Below are positions 51,936 through 64,000 of a stretch of DNA of 64,000 nt, in pieces; positions within the stretch are counted from its first letter, which is position 1, and the number at the start of each line of letters is the position of its first letter. The notes beneath the pieces are model-generated. The model searched no databases, was not told the origin of the DNA, and saw only the letters and a program-made list of their open reading frames with translations. The position numbers were made by a program, and so were the translations under genes. The stretch covers positions 1,299,897 to 1,363,896 of the forward strand of contig NW_003314309.1 of NCBI RefSeq assembly GCF_000143415.4. Direction: 5' to 3'. The DNA comes from Selaginella moellendorffii (taxonomy: Eukaryota; Plantae; Lycopodiophyta).

Positions 51936-52628
51936 TTACAGAGCTCGGCTCAAGAGAAGGCCTGCATAAGCGGCCATGAGAAGAACCGGAAAGGCCACCG
52001 TGAAAACTCTCCCCACCAGCTTGAGCCATCGGTTGAACCTCGGCAGCGGTGCTCCAAAGCACGACCAGAGAAAGACGATCCAGACGCCTACCGCTACGCC
52101 GGTGGTTGCTCCATCGCTGAGCTCCAAATGGTTCTTCAAAGCTCGGCACAGCACCCCGGTGGTCATGTACGAGAGGCTAAACCAGAGGCAGCGTAGCATC
52201 ATCCTGGCAACTCGGTGACGCTCCTTGTCATCCACTGGGCCCTCGAGCTTCACCAGCAGTGCGACGATCGACTTCTTGCTCTTCTTCGCCGCCGCTGCCG
52301 CCATCTTTCTCTCGGGTGGAAACGGAGGCTTGTTCTTGCCTCTCGACTCCGGGGACGAGCAGCTCCGGGCAGTGACCAAGTAGACGGCCATGAGCATTCC
52401 GGCGGTGGCAATGACAGAGGCAGTGAGAAGACTGAATGCGAGAGGCTTGTCGCGGGTGTCACTGGAGCTGAGAGTTACCTGTAAGCAAGTGGAGGCAATG
52501 ACGCTTAGGGGCGTCATGGCCACATTAGCGACCGCTGTGACGACGTCCTCGCGGTGTTCTTCGTGCTCCTCGTCTTCTCCGGCCATGGAAGACGCTGCTG
52601 GTGCTGGTGCTGGTGTTGGTACCTCCAT
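51936..52628 (-). CDS. Hypothetical multi-pass membrane protein
   Basis: Intact GC-rich ~230-aa ORF with several hydrophobic segments; family not recognised. Confidence 0.55.
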   Translation of the reverse strand: MEVPTPAPAPAASSMAGEDEEHEEHREDVVTAVANVAMTPLSVIASTCLQVTLSSSDTRDKPLAFSLLTASVIATAGMLMAVYLVTARSCSSPESRGKNKPPFPPERKMAAAAAKKSKKSIVALLVKLEGPVDDKERHRVARMMLRCLWFSLSYMTTGVLCRALKNHLELSDGATTGVAVGVWIVFLWSCFGAPLPRFNRWLKLVGRVFTVAFPVLLMAAYAGLLLSRAL

Positions 52629-52997
52629 CGCTGGAAGTGACAACTAGTGCTCTCTGCGCTGCGAGCTTCTTTTTAGCGAGGCCGGCTTTACGTGGAGTGT
52701 ATCGCAACACGCTGGTAAAAAAGCTGGCGAACTTATGTGTGTGCTGTTTTTGCAGCGGTGATTTCCACTGCTTGAGTATGTGTGTAGTGCACACAAGAAT
52801 CGTTTGGGTTTTATTTTATCTAGCAGGGAATCGTACGGACTATTTTCTTGTTTTCGGTGCACCAACGAATCCACTGCATAGTCTTTGCGTTTCTTAAATG
52901 CTCACCTCTTTTCTAATAGTTGGGATACTCTTTCTTTCTTTGATTTGATTTTTTCCCTCTTTGCGTGTGATATCAGTATCGTCTTGAGTCTTGAGCG

Positions 52998-54809
52998 ATG
53001 GCTATGGAGTGGTGGTCCGCGATCATAGCCGCTTTGGCCCTTGCAAAGTCGATAGCTCTCAACTTGGTGATTGCGAGGGTGGTGGGATTTGTGTTCAGTT
53101 TGTGCCGCCTTCATGTTTTTGTGAGGAGGAGATTGGCAAAGCAGGGAATTCTCGGCCCCAAGCCTTCATGGCTCGCGGGAAATGCAGTCGAGATGAAGAG
53201 ATTGGTGGCCTCTGCGACGTCGGCTGATATGAAGAGCACCAGTAACGATATTTCTGCTCGGCTGCTACCTTTCCACCACAAACATGCACAGACTTACGGT
53301 ACGGCAATCTTATCACTACTTTCTTGGTTTTCATTCCGTGTTGCAGGGAAGAGATTTCTAGCCTGGTCTGTGGGATGGGAACCTTTCGTGAGCATCTCAG
53401 AGCCAGAGCTGATTCACGAGATTTTAAATTCGACCGATTTCGAGAAAAGTGGAATTCAAAACAGGTTTATGATGCCTCTGTTTGGCAGAGGACTTGCCAT
53501 GGCCACTGGAAAGGCTTGGGACCATCAAAGGCGGCTTCTCAATCCTGCTTTCTACGTCGAGAGAATCAAGGTGGTTTATGCTTCGACGATGGTTTCTTCA
53601 ACTTTCACTGACTGCTATACTGCGCAGGGGTTCCTTCCAACGATAAACTTTTGTGCGAGTGGCCTGGTGCAAGAGTGGAAAGGATTGATTCGCAGCAGCA
53701 GCTCGAACGTTGTGGAGGTCGACGTCCATTCCGTGCTCACGTTGGTCACAGCGGACATCATTGCTAGGACGTCTTTTGGGCACGAGTTTACCCACAAAGA
53801 AGAATACGTTCGCTTGGAAAGAGAGCTCGAGGTGTGCGTTTTGAATCAACCGGCGTTTTGCTTGATACCCGGCTACAGGTAACAAATACACGCTGTCACA
53901 CGCTTTGCATTGACCATTTTCGTCTCTACAGATATCTTCCTACTAAACAGAACAGGAAGCTGTGGGAAATCACGCGAAAAATTCGAAGCTACCTCTATGA
54001 ACTGATTGACGCTCGGCTTGCCACCGGCAAAGATCACTTTGGTGACGACATCTTGGGCTTGCTACTGGCTGCTACGTTCTCGTCCTCGCCATCCTCGACA
54101 AAGAAAGTACCTCCGATGAGCAAGGACGTCCTGATCGACGACTGCAAAACGTTGTTCTTCGCTGGATACGAGTCATCTGCTGATCTCGTTACTTGGTCGA
54201 TGATGCTCCTGGCTCTAAACCCGGAGTGGCAGGCGAGAGCCCGCAGTGAAGTCCTGCAGGTTCTTGACGGATGCGAGGTCCTCACTTCCGAAATGCTTCC
54301 AAAGCTCAAACTCGTAAGAAGAAGATTTCCTTTATCTTCCAGCTTTTTCTCTCCTAACGGTGATGGTTTTCAAACAGATTGGCAACATTCTCTCGGAAAC
54401 TCTACGCTTGTATCCAGCCGCCGTGGCTATCCGACGTAAAGCTGTCAAGGATGTGGTGTTCACCAAGGGAAAGCTCGTCATCCCCAAAGGAGTTTGTGCG
54501 GAAGTCCCCATCTTGCGCGTCCATCACGATCCAGAACTCTGGGGAGACGATGTGCTCGACTTTAATCCGGACAGGTTCTCGAAGAGTGAGGCAGTGGCAG
54601 CTGGGAGCTATTTGCCATTTGGCTGGGGGCCGAGGATTTGCATTGGGCGAAACTTTGTTCTTGCGGAAGCCAAGGTGGTGTTGTCTACGCTGCTCGACAA
54701 CTTTGAGTGGGAGATTTCACCTAACTATCGCCATTCTCCTCGAGCTGGAGTGACGCTCTATCCCCAGCATGGCATGCAATTACTACTGCGGCAACTTCCT
54801 CAGAACTGA
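52998..54809 (+). CDS. Cytochrome P450, CYP72 clan
   Basis: N-terminal TM plus GILGPKP; I-helix FFAGYESSA; ETLR; FNPDRF; heme motif FGWGPRICIG; four short introns. Confidence 0.95.
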
Positions 54810-55557
54810 TTTGCTGGTCCGATCCAAAGAAAAACTAACAACACTTCAATGATTTATGATTGTTTTGACAGATTGTATGTATGGGTGGTGGTGCATGTCA
54901 TAATAGTTCATAAAACACGCAGTCACATAAAATCAAGAGCATCAAAGAATTAGAACACCAAATCAGAGCATTCTAATTTAAGAATTCAACAAAGTAGCGT
55001 AATACGAGTATTGGATTTTTACAGATATGAAAAGATGTGATCCACAAGAACTATCTATGATCTTTTACTTTATGCTACACTGGTTGTGTTTTATTTCTAA
55101 ATATAAAGCAATCATGAATTGCAAGCGTCCATCAACCTTGTCAGGTGATCAATCAACCTTTTTCCAAGAAAGCGGATGAAACTTACATCAGCTTTGTCAA
55201 GCAGTGGACATTCGATCCTTGTTACAGACCATTTGTCTCCATCAACCGGTCAATCGCGTGAACAAATGCATTGCAATCGAACTTGGCACCACTATTCTTT
55301 CTCCCTCATCGCTGCCAAAAATCAACATAGCCACCACATATTTTGCTAGGATTCCTCCAATGGAAAACTTGCGATATTGCCGTAAGAAAATAGCTCCCGC
55401 ATAAAATCCTTGTAAAAACCTGTTCTCGATGCTCCCCTGGCCATAGCGCAATTCCTCAAAGCTTGGGCGTCCAAATCCCATTGCAAACCCGGCTTGAAAC
55501 GCACAAAGGTTAGATGGATATAACATAAGCATGCAAGAAACTTCTATACCTTCATGC

Positions 55558-58500
55558 TTATATAAGTTTTGCCTTCTCCCAAGCCGTGCGAAGTTGTTCC
55601 GCACTGTCAACAGAGGCATCGAGGATGGTTTTGATGACGTCCGCTTCGTGACAGTGAGATTCCACTTCTTTCTCGAGTTTGGCAGACTGTAGTGCGGCTC
55701 TGCGCAACACGCTCTCTGGCATTCCTGCATGGAAAGAGCGACTAACATGTGCATGAGACGGGAACTTTGGCTTGCCTGCTATTCGTGCGACGTTGACGCC
55801 ATAACTCTTCGGGCAAGAGCCAGAAGTGAGTTTGTAGAGGAATGTTACTGCTTCCAGCTCGTTATTTCCACCTCCAACCTTGCATGCCATATGGCACAAA
55901 GACACCTGTCCACAGCCAACAATGAGGCCAGCAAAAGACGCGGAAAGCTTACGGAAGGGTCATTCGCAAAATCGCTTGCAAGTTTGTGGTAGTGAGAAGA
56001 AAACATTCCCCGACATTGGACGTTGTGTGCTAGATAATGGAGCACGGCGTGCCTGGAAACAAAAGAAAAGGAAGAAGAAGCAACGGAGATAGGCTTTTAA
56101 GAAACACAAATGAAATAAAACATACGCTATAGCTTGGCCGTCTGAGGTTGCTGTTCCACGTCCAAGCTCGTCCAGAGCCACAAACGAGTTTTGAGTTGCA
56201 CAGCGCTGGAACAGACGGTGTTAGAGATGGACGCTCAAACACAGTCGAGGAGTTACCAGCATAACAGCGGTTTCCAGTAGTTCAATCAAGAATGTGCTTT
56301 GACCTGTCATGATTTGATCCTTGGCTCCCATACGAACGAATAATCTATCCGTAAGGGAAAGCTCGAGCGACTCAGCTGGAACCTCTGAACCAATCTGGAA
56401 GCGTCAAAAACCTTTTAGTTTTGTCCAAAGTATCATAGATGACTTTACCTGTGCGAGTATCATTCCCAGACATACTTGACGAAGCAAAGTCGACTTGCCA
56501 CCCATATTGGGCCCTGTCAAAAGCATAACCTCTGGATTGCTTCCGCCACCGAGAACAACATCGTTCGGAACAAAAGGAGTGCTTGCAGCAGTACTAACAG
56601 CCACTATAGGATGTCGTAAGGCTTTGGCTCTAAAAACCGGCTTTGCAAGTTGACTTGCTGGGACAAACGTTGGCAAGCACGTCATTCCATCCATGTGCAA
56701 CCGGGCAGACGATATGCTCATAAGAGCATCCAATTCTGGAAAGAGAAAGCTTGTTTATCAAGCGAGTGTTGCTTGCATACCAGAACTTGCATACCAGAAA
56801 CAGCTCGAATAGCAGAGAGCCAGTGATCGTGATCGTCACAAAAGCGCTTAGTAAGAGTTTGGAGTATGCCTCTCAGAGCAGCTTCCTTCTCGTTTTCACA
56901 AAGGCTAAGCTCTTGCAACAGCTCTTTCACCCTTGGTGTCCAGTATCGACAGAAACCCTGCACGTTAGCTCTGCTAGTCACTTTCAATGAGAACGCCGCT
57001 GTTTACCTTTCTAGACGAGCGAAGTTCGTAATCTGAAGGCACTTTAGTATGCAGCTCTTCGGGTATCTCAAGCAGGTAAGTATCCTTCCCAACAGTCACG
57101 TAAGAAATCTGCTACAGAGCAACAGTCAATATGAGTACAATGGAGAAACAAGCTACCTCTGGATTTTTGAAAAACTTTTGCTGGCTCTTCAGGTAGCTCT
57201 CGAGTTTTTCTCTGGGATCAGATGCCGATAAGTTGCTATGATCACCACCGGTTACTCGACCATTTGCTTCTGACTCCGACCAGTCAAAGGAATCCTCAAA
57301 ATACTGCAGAAGAGGCTTCAAATCAGGAAATCCTTTCCCTAAGAAGAGTATACAATTTTCAGTAACGTTTGGCTATATAGGAAAAAGGCTTACCAAAGGT
57401 CAATAAAGACCGCAGGCGAGCTGATTTGAGCTGCGGCAGACAATTGCCGAAACAAGATACAGCTTTGACAAGTTTCTGAAAGCCCCGAAGTGCCGCAACG
57501 AGTTCCTTGATCTGCTTCTTTGCAGCATCTTCATACAGCACAACCTTCTGCGAATGCCTCCCATTTTCCCCACTAAAAACGCATTGCAGTAAATCAGAAG
57601 TGCATCGAATAAGAGTCTTCAAACCTGTTTGCACTGAGTCGAGCTAGAAGTCTTTCAAGGTCCGGAATACCAGAGAGCTCCCGTCGAAATTCTGAAACTG
57701 CATTTTCCGCCACACCCTGCAACAAGCTCGATCAACTCGGAGTGAGTACCAACAGACTAACCTGCATATCTACGACGGCATTTTGCCGTTGCACAATGGA
57801 TTCAATATTGCAAAGAGGCCTGACAATCCACTGCTTCAATAGACGTCTTCCGAATGGTGTTATGCAGTGGTCGAGTAAACACAAAAGAGTCCTGTAATGA
57901 CCAGCTTAATGAGTTACCGCATCGAAACCATACTCACCCTGCCACTCCACAATTGGAAGAGTTTTCCAATATTTCCAAGTTATCCAAAGCAGCACTGTCA
58001 AGTACCATGTGAGCTTCTGCGGCTTCAGGAATAGCGGCTGAATGTTCGAATGACAGGTCCGATCCTGGAAGCAACTCGAACCTCCCAAGCTGGAGGAGCT
58101 GACCATCAAGAAGCGATTGCCTCAAGTAACAAATGCAGCCCCCAAAAGCAGATAAAACTGGTTCTGACGAAACACCAAGCTCGAGAATTTTTTGAAGAAC
58201 GGTAGGCATCACGTCTGAAGCTCCATAACTGGTGCGAATCTCTTTGGTTGTCTGTTCAGCGTCCCAGAACTCTTTTGAAGGTACAAGTTGACTGATCAAT
58301 GGTTTTCTTGTTTGTTCGCGTAAGGCCTTTTGAGTAGCGTCCGTCAGCAAGCCAAGCGGCAAGACTAGTTCGACAGGCCTCAGTTCTGTCAATATAGATC
58401 TGAGTTTCGTCCTTGCGGAGTCATCCTCGACCTGGCGTTATGCATCAATAAGTTATAAGCCACACAGTAGACAATCACGGACCTGACCGAGCATAAATAA

Positions 58501-60484
58501 AGCCCTGGAGGCATCTACCACGCAAAGTCCGACCAAAGAACCTCCATAATTGTCCGCCTTCTCTGTTACTGCAGCAAGGAAGGAGGGCTCCGCATTGTCA
58601 CTAATCATACCAGAGTCCACCATGGTTCCCTTAGTTATGATCGCACATATTTCACGTCTTACAACCTGTAAACTTTTGCTTGTATGTATCAAGAACACAG
58701 ATCGTTATACCTTGTCTTTGCTGCCCGTTTTTCTCTTGCGTTCTTCAAGCTGTTCTGGTGTCTCCGTTTGCTCCACCACCAACACTCGATGCCCCTAAAA
58801 TCAAAATCATAAGCATTTCCACTGGGGTGCGAAGTTTCTACCTTTCGAACTAGCTTCTCTACATTCTCAAAATAATTCTTTTCCGGGAAGCCACAATGCG
58901 GCTGCTCACCCTGAACAAGAAGAAAGGTTAACACTTTATAAATAAAAACTGGAGAGAGCGTAGTGAACCTTCATGTACTGCAGATCAAGGTCTTGAGCTC
59001 CAACATGTGCATCCATCTCAAACATTTCGTAGAACTTCCCCATCTGCAGCATGCAGCACAGCTAAACACTAGCAGGCATAAGCATCGCATCATCACCTTA
59101 AAAAGAAGAACTTTATCCATGTGTTTGGCCTTGAATTCCCACCATTGCCTCTATTTCGTAAAACAAAAAATAATGACCATCACAAAAGATCAAGGCAGTA
59201 CCTGGCCTCCTGTGAGCCCTTTCACAAACTCGGCCGGCAAAAAAAGTGTTCGAGAATCAAAATTTGGCCAGTCATGGCGCCTTCCTGAAGAATCCTTGCG
59301 GTTCCTTTTACAATTCACATTTTGATCAGCCAGGACGCAGTAACCCAATCTTACTTGCCAAGAAAGCTGAATTTTCTTGAGATTCGACCGCCAAAACGTT
59401 CAAGTGCTTCACCACTCAGCAGTAGTGAGCGATCGGCCTCTGCACGCCAATGTATATCAATCTAGAAAACACTAGGACAAGCTTACCACAACACTCATCC
59501 GCTCTCGTTGTGGCAGGTTCTATCTGCCGAACAGTTTCCTCTTTGAACCGTGTAATTTTTTCGAGTTCTTCAGCTCGCTGTCTGCAGAAAAGATGCTCAA
59601 AATCTGAGTCAGGAAAAGGCTAGTACCTGGTATCTTCTTTCGGAATTTCTCCGATCGTCGCTTCGTCCTCCATCGTTCGTTTTTCTTTGACATCGGCACC
59701 TTTCACTTCACAGCCACTATCATCGTCTGAAGAAGCCACCACGTACTTCTTTCTCAGCCTTTTCCTCGGAGCTCCCAAACCATCCGACGTTTTGACTGCT
59801 GCACCTGCTGAAGAAACAGAAGAACTTCTTCGAGTTTTTCCACAATGACTGTTCTCCAAATCCATCTTCTCAAGGAACTCCTCGTCGTCACCATCTTCCA
59901 AAACGACCTTCTGCTGTCCAGACACGCGATTGTATTTGAGCGATAATTTCCCGCACCAAAATACCTTCAGTCTTTTGAGTGATTTACTAGACTCCGCTGG
60001 AGGACTTCCACATACATTGTCATCCGCCGGCCTCTTTAGCGGAGACTCTTTGCTTTTCTCATCATCTCTTTCCTCATTTGGTGCTGTTACCGCTTGAAAT
60101 GAAGAAAATGTTAGTAGAGAAGTCATAGAAAGCATCTTATCTCACCAGTTCTATCGTTTTTTCCAGTATCTTCTTCTTGTCGATCATGAGTTTTCGGTGA
60201 CAAAGCTTTTCCAGCATACACACAAAACTACAAATGTTAGCATTGGGAAGATCGAGAAGAACTGGCAATCTAATCTACGATCCAAGATCCCTCCATTCCT
60301 CCCAAACTATCAAAATACCTGGATTACTAGCAGCGATAGTCGCATCATTGATCACCAAAACCTTCTTTGCCGCTGGCGATGGAGCAGCGGGAGAAAAGAA
60401 AGACGCAATGCTGCGCTGCTGCTTGGCCGCGGCGCCGCCTCCTCCACCGCTACCGCCGCCGCTGCTCCTTCGATGCGGCGCCAT
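55558..60484 (-). CDS. MSH6: DNA mismatch repair protein MSH6
   Basis: PIP-box QQRSIASFF; [23 protein letters not shown]; [10 protein letters not shown]; Walker [12 protein letters not shown]; DELGRGT; many short introns. Confidence 0.95.
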
Positions 60485-60568
60485 GGAATGGAAATCGAGG
60501 AAGAAATGCGCTCTAGCTAGGGTTTATGGCTTCCCGCCACTAGTTAAGTAGTAGCGTTTATTTCTATT

Positions 60569-63500
60569 CTATTTGGTTACAAGCGCATTGGAGCCATCGC
60601 TCACAACGTAGTTGTCGTTGATGAGGATTATATCCGTGTTTGGAACTCCCCCACAGTAGAAGACATTGTCTTCGTTGTCGCGGAGAGTTTGCTCGTCGCT
60701 GCTAAAGAGAATCGAATGTGGACAAATTTCGCTGTCGATCAGATGTCTCGAGTTTGCCGCGATTGCTTTCCTCACGTAGCCTTTGTAGACGAGCAAGTCG
60801 TCCACCAAAATCTGCCATTGTATCGCTGTAAGTGATTGAAACAAAGCGAGAAAAGCTCCAGGAGTTTACCTCGATCTCACGGACACCAAACGTGGGATTC
60901 CGGCTGTAGTTCCAGATCTTCACGAGGGATAACATCACAGGCTCGTTGAAATACAAATAGATCTGGTTACCCTGTGAGAGAAAAGAAACAGCACTACTTA
61001 GACTCGAAAGAGAAAAATGCTTGAAACTTACTTCGGTATAATCTCGTACGCTCAACCACATGTTTTGAGTGTCCCAGGTGTTGTTCACTCCATTGAAAAG
61101 CTTCTCTGGATTGCTGAAATGAGTGGTCATGTCAGGCAAGACGTGAACATTGTCTGTGGCATATGTCAAGGCCTCCAAAATCAGAAAAGGAAGGAAAAAA
61201 CTCGAAGGATACGTTTTAAGACGGGGACACTTTGGCCCAGCTCGTCAAATAGCTCGATTCCATTGAGTCCCAGATACTGGTGGTCTCCCCAAGTTGAGAG
61301 AAGCACAAACTTGATCACATCTGAAAGACAAAAAAGACAAAAAAGTTCACGTATTTTGCAATGAAGTAGTTACTTACGCCCAGAGGGAAACAAGGGCGTG
61401 AGATACTCCTGTAGAACAAGCTTAGCGTAAATCCGCCTTTGCTTGACATTCTCTCTAACGTTGTGCTGTTTTAAGAAACCACCATTACAATGAAAACATT
61501 CACTTCAGCTACCAGATTGGTTACCTTTTCAAGTTGCTGGAGATTTCTTTTGGATCTCTTGTACAGCGTCAAAACCTGCCCAAAGTCGAACTTGTCCGTC
61601 CCGGGAGCTGAAAACCGAGTTGAGACTGAAATATCAAGTTAAAACACATACCTTTTCTTAACAGGAAGCCTCCTGCCGGTGAAACTTCGACGTTATCAAC
61701 GAGAACCTGTATCCATTTTACCTGCAAAGCCGCCGAGTTCTTTAGCAGGCATGAAAGCAAACATAACTTACACCACGGAACGTGTCGTCTAAACTCTTGT
61801 TGTAGTTCCAGAATCTGAAAGCTGACATTGTCACCGGCCTTTTAAAGTCGATCTCCAGGAAGTGCTCAGCCTCCGGACCATCATACGGCACAAGCCACAT
61901 ATGCCGATCATCCGTTGTCACATTACATCCGTCGACAAGCTTATCAAGCGTCCTGTAGTCTCCGGTATGCCCTGGTATATCGTTCAAGTCCCTTGGCTTT
62001 CCAGTGATAAACTCACTCTGAATTGAGTGTGCATTTCCATTCTCGTCCAGCACCTGCAGAAACAAGTCTCTTCACGTTACCAACAGTAGCGGACGAAAAG
62101 AGATTCTAATCCACTTACACGAATGTTATGCGAAAGTAGTGGGAGTTCTGGTAAAAGGTACGAGCCTGGATTCCAGTCAGTCCAAAGTAATAGCAATCTC
62201 CCCAAGACCTGAGTAGATTGAGCCTGAGAACACGTCCCATTGGCGCTTTATCCGAACCACAGTGGTCGTGTAATGACTGTCCAACGCGCTTGCCCTGAGA
62301 GGAAGGCACCGGGAGCTTAAACACGGGATTTTGTAAAGGACTTCCAATGTAGGCCTCGGTATCCTCGTTCATGTCATGTAATCCGTCGCTTCCTGGAGAG
62401 CCTTTTTTCTTGTAAGTTTGCGCGTCATGCATCTCTATGGCACACAGGCTGGCCTGAAAAACATCACGACACATGAAATGAAAGGAAAGAAAAAAGATGA
62501 AGCTACTAACCTCATTGTTTGTGAAGAGAATTGGCTCAGCATTGTTGTAAGCGTCAGAGAGCAAGCCGGATGCTCGTCGCAATTCTCCATAAAATATGAG
62601 CTGAGAGTCGAGGAACATACGGATCAACCTGGCACCGCGGTAAGTATGCATTGTCGACTTGTTGTAGTTCCAAAACCGGACCATTCCCAGCAAAGTTGGC
62701 CCCTCGAGAGAAATGGTGATGGTGCAAGGATGTCCCGGAGAGAAAGGTGCGAGCCACATATGAGAATCGTCGCACGTCAGGTTGACATTGTCGACCAGCC
62801 TTTCCACGGGACACGGACTGCAGTTAAGTCCCGAGAGGAGAGCTGCGGTTGTGTAGCCCACACTGATTTGCTTCCTCGAGTCGATGTGCACCACCTGTCC
62901 AGCGTCGTCAAAGATCTCAATGCCGGAGAGACCAACGTAGTGTGGATCACCCCATGAGCTGTGAATGTCGATCGTCAGCTTCATTCCAAGAGGTAGGAGC
63001 GGAATGGAGAAGTCACTCGGCGCTACAAGCTCCGATATTTGTTGCTCGTCACCGTCTAGCTCTTCTAAGTCTGCATCGTCGGTGTAGCTTAGAGCTTGGA
63101 GAAGCGCTGCTTTGTCGGCTGATTCGTCGAGCATGTCGACCGAGAACATTTCATACGTTGCATCCGCGGACAAGTTCGCACTGACAACTTTCTGGCTCAC
63201 ATTTTGCTCGAACTTATTGTAGAAAGTACAAGTGTCTGTAAACAAAGAAAAAAGCTCTGAGCGGATATTGTAGTCGTTTCAGAAGTCTTACCTTCACCGT
63301 CTGAGTTTAGTATCCTTTCAATCTCCTCGAGCTCCATATTGTCTTCCTCGAGCTTGTCTATGTCGGCTTGCAGATTGTCGTCAGCGTCGTCGGTCTCCTC
63401 TGGTTGTGGTTCCCTTTTCGAAGCGATACTACGCTGCAAGTAACGAGCAGCCCTGGACCATATTGACTCCGTTTCAACCTTTTCCACGGCCTGCCTCGTC

Positions 63501-64000
63501 GCAAGCTTATTACCAGCGACTTCAGAGTCTTCAAATTTTGGAGACGAGGAGTTTAGCCTGAAAGTTACACGTAGATCCAGGAAAAAAGATTAAAGGAACT
63601 TCGGTTTATACCTTGAAACTTCGAATTCCAGCTTCGGAGATGGAGGAGTTATCGAGATTGATTTTCCAATGGACGGATTTGGCAATGTCACTCCTTCCCG
63701 CAGTGGTATTCGTGTGCACGAATCATATACTTGGCTCCCGGATGACTTTGAAACCGTTCCCTGCCACGCTATCTCCCCGTCTATCAAAACTTGCAAGTCC
63801 CTCACACCTTTGCCAATACTTTGGGTGTGATTCCAAACTTCAAGGTGTCCGATCGAAGTGTCTTCCGAAGGTAGCTGAAAGAATATTTCCAGAGGAGGAG
63901 AGCCTGGCAAGGGAAGTAAAGCCTCCCACACGCTAGAATTCACACCACCATCCACAATCCGGCCAAGTTCTTTTGCAGCTTCACAATTCGAGGTGATTTG
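60569..64000 (-). CDS. KATNIP: Katanin-interacting protein (KIAA0556, DUF4457 repeats), 5' end outside the window
   Basis: Repeated SWGDxxYxGLxGIE..D / LVDxxNxTxDDxHMWL / RFWNYNKS..RG units. Confidence 0.9.

Overview
Eukaryotic plant DNA. Very short (~50-60 nt) GT-AG introns, tiny intergenic spacers, a ciliary gene (KATNIP) and a possible PPR remnant suggest a lycophyte such as Selaginella; this is inference. Positions 1-46,100 are a nested transposon block. It holds Ty3/Gypsy (chromovirus) remnants, two solo LTRs with 5-bp TSDs, a full non-autonomous LTR element (32388-39856), an AT-rich secreted bulb-lectin ORF, and a 13.7-kb TIR DNA transposon (13296-27016). Positions 46,900-64,000 are dense host genes: RBM41-like, a coiled-coil protein, UXT, a RING protein, a membrane protein, a CYP72-clan P450, MSH6 and KATNIP. 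The most notable object is the 13.7-kb transposon. It has a DDD/E (Sola-like) transposase and a divergent, spliced ~1,640-codon accessory gene that appears to fuse ParB/Srx-like, degenerate N4C/N6A-methyltransferase-like, acidic and FCP1-like HAD phosphatase regions. It also carries about 25 copies of a 22-bp palindrome (ATGGCRTG-N6-CAYGCCAT) that I saw only between the TIRs, including in several introns. This may be a self-targeting (parS/VANC-like) transposon control system. All domain calls are by eye and need HMM or structure confirmation.
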